A program made the translations under genes and the position numbers. From assembly GCA_951406725.2 (NCBI GenBank), contig OX597818.1, positions 80,414,001 through 80,478,000 on the forward strand: DNA of 64,000 nt. The letters are read 5' to 3'. Below the pieces are notes generated by a model. That model made no database searches. It saw nothing but the letters and a program-made list of their open reading frames with translations, and had not been told where the DNA came from. Of this stretch, positions 54,417 through 64,000 are shown in pieces. The DNA is from Octopus vulgaris (Eukaryota). The first letter of the stretch is position 1. The number at the start of each line of letters is the position of its first letter.

Positions 54417-54866
54417 TGTCGTCTTTGTCACCATCATCGCCGTCGTCACGGCCGCCGCCGTTAACATCGTCATCATCGACGTCGTCGTTGTCGCTATCAT
54501 CTTCGTAGTCATCATTACCATCGTCGTCGTGTCATCGTTATCATCGTCGTCGTCGTTACTACCCCAACATTTTTCTTTGTTCATCCATCACCCCCACCAC
54601 CGCTACCACAGCCACCGCTACCATTAATCCCCGCCATACTATACTCATCGCCGTCGTCAACCAGTCCTTCATTCTTCCCATCAGCTATTATCTTTGCAAC
54701 GACGACCGCCTCTGGCGTTGCTGATGTGAACAATATTTATATAGCTACAGTTGTGCGCGTGTGTGTGCGTGCGTGTGCGCGTGGGTGAAAAAGAATGATA
54801 TACTCACACTGAGACGCGCACACACACACACACAGAAATGCACACTCAGACGCACACACAAATATG

Positions 54867-54897
<31 letters not shown>

Positions 54898-55937
54898 AGG
54901 GAATAGACACATGCACATTAGCACAGTGAGAGAAAAACAGACACTCAAAAACACACATTTACACGCGCTCACACACGCTCACAACACACACACGCTCACA
55001 ACACACACACGCTCACATACACACACAGAAGCTCGTCCATGTGAAGTCAGTAAAAGAGAGAAAGATAGAAAGAAAGAGAGCGAGAGAGAGAGAGAGAGAG
55101 GGAGAGAGAGAGAGAGGGGTGAGTGATGGAGAAAAGCCTACTTTCTAATGACCTACACACGAGTAATCAAGGTGTTATTTAACACAGTTTTAATTTCATT
55201 GTTTGATTACTTGCTATGATCTTCCCCAGAAAAAAATAAAGGCGCTTCTTTGCATTCAATGCATCAGCAACAGATATTAATTGAACTTCATCGAGGAAAG
55301 AGAGAAAAGGAACTAAAATGAAAAGAGTTGTTATTAGGACATCTTTTGAAAATAAATGTAAATATTAATATAACTGAACAGAACGGTGTTGCTATTTCGA
55401 AAGAGGTCATGAAACAAAACCACGGCTCAGAGTATTAAGATTAGCGATAAAAAAAATCAGTCAATAGACTTTAGAAAGATAGAATTTTTAACGAGGACAT
55501 CGAATGTAATCTTCTGTAGATACTGGTTTGGCAGCCTGTTGCTAGACCCTAAGGGAAAATAACATTGCCAGAATCAAAACATTTGAAACAGTGTGGTACC
55601 AAAGAGTACTAAGGATCAGCTGCACTTAATGAAAATACATGGTTCAGTGATTAGATCCAAACCATCAGTGGAACTGTAAAAATCTGTAAAACTTTTCGGA
55701 AATTTATCATTTAAGTATATATGAGCATGTCTAGATATGCAAATATATACATGAGATGATATACATAAAACAAAACATACAAATCTGTACATATACATAC
55801 ATACAAAAATACTCTGTTGATGCTGTTGAAATTCCAATGAAGGAGCCTTGGATCTAGGTTAGAAACCGGCTCTTTCTCTATTGGCAAGAAATCTTGAAAT
55901 AAAACTGACTAATGACATTCATACATACACACATACA

Positions 55938-56450
55938 TTTCGTAAATCCTCGAGTATAATCCGCATTTTTTCCCAAAATTTAAAGGTCAAAATCCCTAGT
56001 GTGTACTATATACGAGGTTAAAAATGAAAAATATTTTCTAAGCAATGTCAGAGTCTCTATTTGCTGTCCGGCAATATTTATTCAGACACCTTTTGTGATG
56101 TCGGGCGCGAAAATACCTTAAGCTAAGCCTGAAAGCAATGAAGTCATAAAAGAATCATCCATAACTTGCAGGAAGCAACATTTATTAAACATTATTACTG
56201 TTATTTCTTTATTTTTTGCAAACAAAATGCGCAAAAGAGCTACGTTTGCATTATGTTATATATACAATAATAATAAAGGACGTTAGCGTATACATTTTTA
56301 CAAACCGAGGACGTTATATAGACCTCCTTGACTCAAGTTAGAGAAGGGGTGGGTATTATACACAAGGTTTAGGTTTTTCAGAAGTACATCCCCCTAAAAA
56401 TCCCCTGCATATTATACTCTAGGGCGGACTATATTCGAGGATTTACGGTA
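55938..56450. mobile_element. pogo/Tc1-like MITE
   Basis: TIRs cgtaaatcctcgagtataatccgc / gcggactatattcgaggatttacggta. Confidence 0.8.
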
Positions 56451-56514
56451 CATAAATACGTACGTACACACATACATACATACACACACACACATACATA
56501 CATACATACATACA

Positions 56515-56546
<32 letters not shown>

Positions 56547-56960
56547 CATACATACATACATACATACATGCATACATACATACATACATACATACATACA
56601 TACATACATACATACATACATACATACATACATACATGATTATGGTTGGTTCTCAGTTCTGCAATTTCTTGTTGAACAATCTGCACAAATGATTTATTAA
56701 TAGTGATCAAATGTTGGTGCTACACACATTAGTTCACTCTCTCTATCAAATCGACATTGTGTCAGATGTCGAAGTGATCGCAGAGCAACGTGTGATGAAG
56801 TGTTTGGCTCAAGAACACAACAGACAACCCAGTCTGGGAATTGAAAACACAATTTCACGATCGTGAGCACAACACCCTAAACACGAGGCCATGCGCTCTC
56901 ATACACACATACACACACACATGCGCGCGCATATACACAGACAGATAGATAGATAGATAA

Positions 56961-57008
<48 letters not shown>

Positions 57009-57096
57009 ATAAATAAACAGATACATACATACATACATACATACATACATACATACATACATACATACATACATACATACATACATACATACAAGC

Positions 57097-57256
57097 ACTA
57101 GCGTAGCTAGAGTACGTGCTGCCCCGGGAGGCCCTTCTGTTTGCCTTCCCCGGACCCCAGAAAAACACATATTGCCAACAGCAGAGCCAAAAGGGACACC
57201 ACTTTAAAAGTGCCGCCCGGGGCGGATCGCTCCAGCCGCCCCCCAGCTACGCTAGT
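57097..57256. mobile_element. Small GC-rich MITE
   Basis: Termini actagcgtagct / agctacgctagt. Confidence 0.55.
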
Positions 57257-57360
57257 ACATACAGGCTTGCCAAGTACATATAGTGGTTAGTCACAAATTG
57301 TTCTAACGTTTTGAATCTACTCTACTGCCATAAAAACACACGTACATACACACGTACATA

Positions 57361-57920
57361 TCTATTATATAAAATCCGTTCGGTCTGTGTGTGTGTGTGT
57401 GTGTGTCTTCTAGGATCTCGGGCATCCTTTATTCGATTGCGTTCAAATTTGATATGTAGATACCGACGGTATCAGGGCGTGTATAAGTCTTGAAAATTAC
57501 AAAAATCGATTCCAGGTGAGAATGCAATCGATAAAGCCGTGGGAACGTGCATTTGTACGCGCAAATACATCAGCTGTTGCGATTGATTCTACGCGTACGC
57601 GAGAAAAATGCAAGTGCAGTTTGCGCAATAAAAGCCGGTTGGCTTGAAATAATACCACAAAATGCAGTATATTTAAGAGACCAAAAAAGTAAGATACAAA
57701 AGAGATATTTTCTTCAAACTTGGCATAAAGGTAGGAAAGACTATTTGGTTTTTCAAGAAATTTTTTTTTTTTGGCGTAACTTCGTTTAACAAAACCAAAA
57801 ATTTTATTGAAATAAAGGCATGCTTAATTATTTTTCAATGAAAAGAAAACACTGATTGCATTTTATTCAGCAGATATGATTCAGCACCGTCCATTGGACG
57901 GGTGGGGAGCGTTTTGCTCG
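57361..57920 (+). mobile_element. Non-autonomous Helitron-like element (copy 3 of 3)
   Basis: a|TCtattatataaaatccgtt ... ccgtccattggacgg..gcgttttgctcg|t. Confidence 0.8.
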
Positions 57921-58314
57921 TACATATATATGCACTATAGCTTTTACTTTTTATTATTCTTAAAGCGACTACATCCTGACACAGTCTTTCTTAGATATTA
58001 GATTTTAAAATAATTCATGACAGAATTATATCATGATAGAACAACAGCAGAACCATAAAATAGGCACCAATGGCGGGTGTGCGTTTACGCACTATCGAAG
58101 CCCTAACGTGACTGTCTAATACACATAAGTGTATTCATATATTCATACCTAGTATCAAACAGGGGATCACGTACAGACATGAAACCCCACACACACATAC
58201 ACACAATATGTATGTATATATGTATGTATGTATGTATTTATGTATGTATGTATGTATGTATGTATGTATGTATGTATGTATGTATGTATGTATGCACTTA
58301 CTAAAACTATTTAT

Positions 58315-58383
<69 letters not shown>

Positions 58384-59074
58384 TATATACATACCAAATC
58401 CACTCACAAGTCTTTGGTTGGCCGAAGGCCATAGTAGAAGACACTTGCCCAAGGTGCCACGCAGTGGGACTGAATCCGGAACCATGTGGTTGCTAATCAA
58501 GCTACTTACCACACAGCCACGATATATATAATGTGTGTATGTGTATGTATGTATATATATGTATACATATATGTATGTATATACTCACACAAACATATGC
58601 ATATAAATAAATAGGCACACTCATACATGCATACATAAATATATACATATATACGTAAGTACGTACATGCATACATGTGTATGTGTGCATGTATGTATAT
58701 GCGTATGCATATACAAAAATGTGCGCCGAATCAGAAAATCGAAGTCGAGGAGGGGAAAATGGCTACTACGTAAAAAAAATGTAGCATTGAATAAATTTTA
58801 TTTTAAGAAGAAAAAGGCCAGAAAAAATATATAAATATACGAGTACCTATCAAACAAAATATGCATAACACTACTACTACTACTACATTTTCATTACTAG
58901 AACAACAACAACAGCGACAACGACCAAAATTTCTTGAAATACAATCTCCATTCTGTCAGTTATTATTAATTGAAGATGTGAAATTATACACAATGAAGAA
59001 GCTTCTTTGAATTGGAATCTTGCTTTTCCACTCTCTCTCTATCTGTCTGTCTGTCTGTCTATCTATCTGTCTGA

Positions 59075-59128
<54 letters not shown>

Positions 59129-59175
59129 GGCTTTCTATTCCTCCTATAGTTTCTGGCTGTTTTGATCTCTTTATC

Positions 59176-59231
<56 letters not shown>

Positions 59232-60692
59232 TCTCCCTATGTCTCTCTTTCTATCACTGTCTCTCGCCCACTCTTTTTCTCCCACTCTTTCTCATTGTTT
59301 CTTTGTCCCTCTTCCTCCCATCTCCATCTAGTTATCTGTGACTCCAAAACTCTGTGACTCTTCTTTCCTTCACTCTTTCTTTCTTTTTTTCTCTCTGCCA
59401 CTCTTTCTTTCTGGTTATCTGTTCCTCCTAAAATTTCTGGCTCTTTGTCTCTCCTTCCTCTCCCTCTCTCTTTCTCTGTATCTCTCTTTCTATCACTGTC
59501 TCTGTCTCTATATCTCTGTCTCCCATTCTTTCTCTCTGTATCTCTCTTTTCCTCTTACCCATCTCCCTTTAGTTATTTGTGCCTCCAAAACTGACTCTCT
59601 CCTTTTTCTTTCTTTCTTTCTCTTTCTCTTTATCTCTCTCTTTCTCTCTCGCTGATTCTGCTTATTTAACATTGTGATTCTCTCTCTCTCTCACTCACTC
59701 ACTCACTTACTCCCCTATGTGTTACCGTATTTATTTTTCGTTGTCTTCACACATTTCCCCACCTGTTGTATTGCTTACTTGTCAATACAAAGGCAATGGA
59801 AGTGATCTGAGGACATTTGCTTCTTATACAAATATACGTTTGAACACACACCCCACACTCAAACACCGCACCTAGCCACCCACACACATGCACACGCACT
59901 CATATTGTAAAAATCTATTATATTCACGGATAATTTTATCAACCGGTTATTGTTAGCAAAACCAGTGCGTTCCAAATACTATATTTACTTAATGTTATCA
60001 GTCAGCTGTTATCATAGAAAAGAAATCGTTCAAAAGGATCACACTCAGTGGCTATAACAATAATTATAATTTCAAATTTTGGCACAAGGCCAGAAATTTC
60101 GTAGGATGGTCGATTACATCGACTCAGTATTTAACTGATACTTAATCTATCGACCCGAAAAAGATGAAAGGTGAAGTCAAGACGAGTGAAAGCTACAGAC
60201 GGTTTAATATTGGTTTTTTATACGTGGATAGTATCATAATCCCTTACAATTTTTTTTTCCAAATTTTAGGCCCCAAAAGTTAGGAGATTCCTTATACAAG
60301 TTAGAATACGGTAATTTACCGAACCCGGTGATACGTATGATAGGCAAAGTCGACCTGGACGGAATCTGAACTCAGAACGTAATCCCCCCTTAAAGAAAAA
60401 ATTCCCCCTTAAACGGCCTTCAGATGCAATCACAGTGCAGCGTTTCATTCCCCAACCACTTAGCTTAGACCCACAAAGACATAGTTACCGTTGGTTACTG
60501 CGTAGAGAGTTGATCGGGGTCTTGTTAATGGAGAAGCTATGTACCAGTACGCAAGATTTACGCACTTGGCTTATTTTTCACATGTGCTGGCTGGCGATGA
60601 GACCTGAAAGGTGGCCTCTGAAGCAAAGCTACCCGCAATCACATAACACTGCGTATCTCTAAACCCACTATACTATTTTATAATAAAAAAAT

Positions 60693-60912
60693 AATAATCC
60701 TTTCTACTAAAGGCACAAGGCCTGAAATCTGAGGGGAAGGTACTAGTCAATTATATCGACCCCAGAGTTTCACTGGTACTTAATTTATCGACCCTGAGAA
60801 GATGAAAGGCAAAGTCGACCTCGGCGGAATTTGACTTCAGAACGTAGCGACGGGCGAAATACCGCTAAGCATTTTGTCCAGCGTGCTAACGACTCTGCTA
60901 GCTCGCCGCCTT
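60693..60912 (-). mobile_element. SINE family B with (ATT)n tail
   Basis: Full reverse-complement match. Confidence 0.85.
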
Positions 60913-60935
60913 ATATAATAATAATAATAATAATG

Positions 60936-60999
<64 letters not shown>

Positions 61000-62724
61000 G
61001 GCTCTGGTATCCAGCATGCAAGCATGAAAGAGAAGGTTAAGAAAGAATGTTATAGAAGAGTTCGAGCAGTCCTGAAGTCTGAGCTGAATGCATATAATAA
61101 GGTTTTAGCCATAAATTCCTTAGTAGTACCAGTTGTTCTTTATAGCTTCAATGTGCTTAACTGGAATACTAGTGAAATAATGAAAATTGACAGGAAAATC
61201 CGCAAGCTACTAACTTGTAATAAGATGCACCATCCAAAGGCAGACGTGGATCGCCTTTACCTTCCCAGAGCTCAGGGAGGTCGAGGTTTGATCCAGCTTG
61301 AACTTACATACAAAACCACAACAATCGGACTGGCCAAATACCTTGAAGCAACCAACGATTGGATGCTAAAACTTGTTGAAAAACATGAAAGACCTAAAAA
61401 ACTTCACTCTGTTCTCAAAGAGAGCAAAAAATTCGCTGCTGATCTCTTAGATACCCGCCAGATTGAGCAGGCTGAAGGAAATGCGCCAACTGCAGCTGCA
61501 AAGAAAATAAAATTAATTGCAAAGACAAAAGCACATGAAAATTTAGCTATGGGAACAGAAACCTCTCCATGGCAAGTATGCGGCCCGTAGCAAACAAGCT
61601 GATGTCGACCAGAAACACACACACACCAATGGTTACGAAGTCCAGGGCTAAAAGCAGAGAGTGAAGGTTTCATATTAACTGCTCAAGACCAAAGCTTATT
61701 TACCCGGAACTACCAAGCCAATGTGATGAAAAATGGAGCTGACCCAAAATGCCGATTCTGTAACGATGAGATTGAAACAATAGACCACCTAATCTCTGGG
61801 TGTAGAGTCTTAGCACCTGCAGAATATAAAGCAAGACATGACAGAGTCGGCCAGTATTTACACTAGACAATATGTCGGCATTATGAAATCAAAACCACTG
61901 ACAAATGGTATAAACATCATCCTGAAGCTGTGACTGAGGGAGAAAATGTGCCGATTCTATGGGACTTCCCCGTGCAGACCGACAGGACTATAAAAGCCAA
62001 TAAACCTATTTCTTTACTACCCACAAGGGGCTAAACACAGAGCGGACAAACAAGGACAGACATAGGTATTAAGTCGACTACATCGATCCCAGTGCGTAAC
62101 TGGTACTTAATTTATCGACCCCGAAAGGAAGAAAGGCAAAGTCGACCTCGGCGGAATTTGAACTCACAACGTAACGACAGACGAAATACGGTTACGCATT
62201 TCGCCCGGCGTGCTAACGTTTCTGCCAGCTCGTCGCCAATAAACCGGATATCATTATAAAAGATCCGACAAAAAGGATGTGTTTATTAACTGACATGAGT
62301 ATTCCCTGTGATCACAATATAGCAGCGAAAGAATTTGACAAGATCAGTAAATATAAAGACCTGCTAATGGAAATTGAAAAAATGTGGCATCTCAAGGCGA
62401 CTACAGTACCAGTGATTGTAGGATCTCTAGGAATGATAAAAAAAAGGCACTGAAACCTATTTGAAAATGATTTCAGGCTTACCATCCCTACAGGAAGTGC
62501 AACAAATCGTATTAACTGGAACGGCTCATGTACTGAGAAGAGCACTATCGCCGTGAAAATAACATCCATCCATGAATTTATTTATTTATTAATTTTTAAA
62601 TATATATATTATCTGTGAATTTGCACGTGTAATCTGGGAATGCATACAATGCCCTTCTCTGCCCTAGGTGTATGGAAAACACTCGGCGAGAAACGGAAGA
62701 AAATTTGAAGAAAGAAGGAAAAAC

Positions 62725-62726
<2 letters not shown>
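61000..62726 (+). mobile_element. 5'-truncated R4/Dong-like non-LTR retrotransposon in a (TAA)n tract
   Basis: RT thumb (NKVLAINS..DRKIRKLL..HHPKADVDRLYLPRAQGGRGL), CCHC knuckle (CRFCNDEIETIDHLISGC..RHD) and RLE (ILWDFPVQTDRTIKANKPDI..EFDKISKYKDL..VPVIVGSLG). It carries frameshifts and has (TAA)n on both flanks. Confidence 0.92.
62007..62237 (-). mobile_element. SINE family B inserted in the LINE endonuclease domain
   Basis: TSD (gcc)aataaacc at 61996-62006 and 62235-62245 splits the ANKPD motif. Confidence 0.92.
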
Positions 62727-62778
<52 letters not shown>

Positions 62779-62789
62779 GTAATAATAAT

Positions 62790-62973
62790 AATCCTTTCTT
62801 TATTGGCCACAAGAGCCGAATACAAAATCATACAGGGATAATACAAAACAAGGGACAAGTGGGGTTTAAAACAGAAACGTGTAAGCAATAAAAAACAAAA
62901 ACAGTTAACACAACGAGCCGCTGGAAATCGAACTCGCGATAGCGAGCCGAATACACTAAGCCACACGCCTTCA
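62790..62973 (-). mobile_element. Short tRNA-headed SINE with Tx1-like tail
   Basis: Minus strand ggcgtgtggcttagtg..gagttcgatttcc ... gctcttgtggccaataaagaaaggattatt. Confidence 0.6.
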
Positions 62974-63449
62974 TTACTCTGTATATTAATTGCCAATATA
63001 AATGTCGGTTAATTGATTTCTCTGGTCATATTTTACACAGAGAAAGAGGAAGGAAAAGATAATAAAAGAGGAATACAAAAAGTTAACATAAGAGGTTGCC
63101 GGATATGTGTACATATTAGGCTTTGTGGAAGACAGTGAGAAAGAAAGTATCATGAAAATCGGAAGACAACGGAAAGGAGTGAATGTTAGAATAGTTATAG
63201 GAGGAGTTAGACAAACGAAAATTTTGTTTTATTTAATTTTAATGTAATAAGTATTATTATTATTATTTTTTTTTTTTGCTTCGAAAAATTAGTATTCATT
63301 TCATTATTCTGTATAAGTACAAAGAAATTTGACATCAGTTCAATCATAACTATTGTATGTATGCCATATGTTTCCTAGTATTACCCACAGTGGCATAAGT
63401 GCACTTCCTAAGTTACCAGTCATATGAAGGTTAACACCGGTAATGATAA

Positions 63450-64000
63450 TAATCCTCCTTACTATAGGCACAAGACCTGGAATTTGTAGGTAGGGGGATA
63501 GTCGATCACATCAACCCAGTACATGACTGGTAGCTACCGTATTTTGACGTGTATAAGGACATTTTTTTTGTCAAAAATTAGGTTTAAAAAATATGGGAGT
63601 TTCTTATACGTGGATAGTATCACAATCCCTTACAAAATCTTTTTTCTAAATTTTAAGCCCCAAAAGTCTTATGCAAGTTAAAATACGGTAATTTATCGAC
63701 TCCGCTGATAGGCATGATAGGCAAAGTCGCCCTCGGCAGAATCTGAACCCAGAACGTAAAGACAGACGAAATACCTATTTCTTTACTGCCCACAAGGGGA
63801 TAAACACAGAGAGGACAAACAAGGACAGACAAACGGATTAAGTCGATGACATCGACCCCAGTGCATAACTGGTACTTATTTAATCGACCCCGAAAGGATG
63901 AAAGGCAAAGTCGACCTCGGCGGAATTTGAACTCAGAACGTAGCGGCAGACGAAATACCGCTAAGCATTTCGTCCGGCAAGCTAATGTTTCTGCCAGCTC
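63450..64000 (-). mobile_element. SINE family B dimer (runs off the window end)
   Basis: Two bodies joined at gacgaaatacc|tatttctttac (~63776). Confidence 0.85.
63536..63690. mobile_element. pogo-like MITE inside a SINE B copy
   Basis: TIRs taccgtattttgacgtgtataag / cttatgcaagttaaaatacggta. Confidence 0.8.

Noticed and set aside
55130-55300. TAAT-rich unique stretch suggestive of an enhancer (similar at 18830-18960)
   Set aside because: Such motifs are expected by chance in AT-rich DNA, and no conservation data are available.

Overview
Eukaryotic, AT-rich, microsatellite-saturated DNA, probably intronic or intergenic. The SINE families and repeat texture suggest an Octopus/cephalopod genome (inference). 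Almost all ORFs in the supplied track are simple-repeat artefacts. Recognisable content: (i) dozens of tRNA-derived SINE copies from at least four families, some in head-to-tail arrays; (ii) three decayed mariner elements, plus pogo/Tigger-like and hAT-like MITEs; (iii) several Helitrons, one with a PIF1-helicase fragment; (iv) 3' fragments of restriction-like-endonuclease (R4/Dong-like) LINEs in (TAA)n tracts and a Tx1/L1-like fragment in a (TATC)n tract; (v) a Penelope-like GIY-YIG ORF; (vi) one candidate host coding exon (minus strand, ~43.3-43.8 kb). The most striking signal outside the ORF track is about 14 type I hammerhead-ribozyme-like motifs, ranging from canonical to degenerate. Most have a palindromic helix III, as described for Penelope-like-element hammerheads, and several sit inside or beside long fold-back sequences with no ORF. 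All folds were done by eye, and many element boundaries are approximate.
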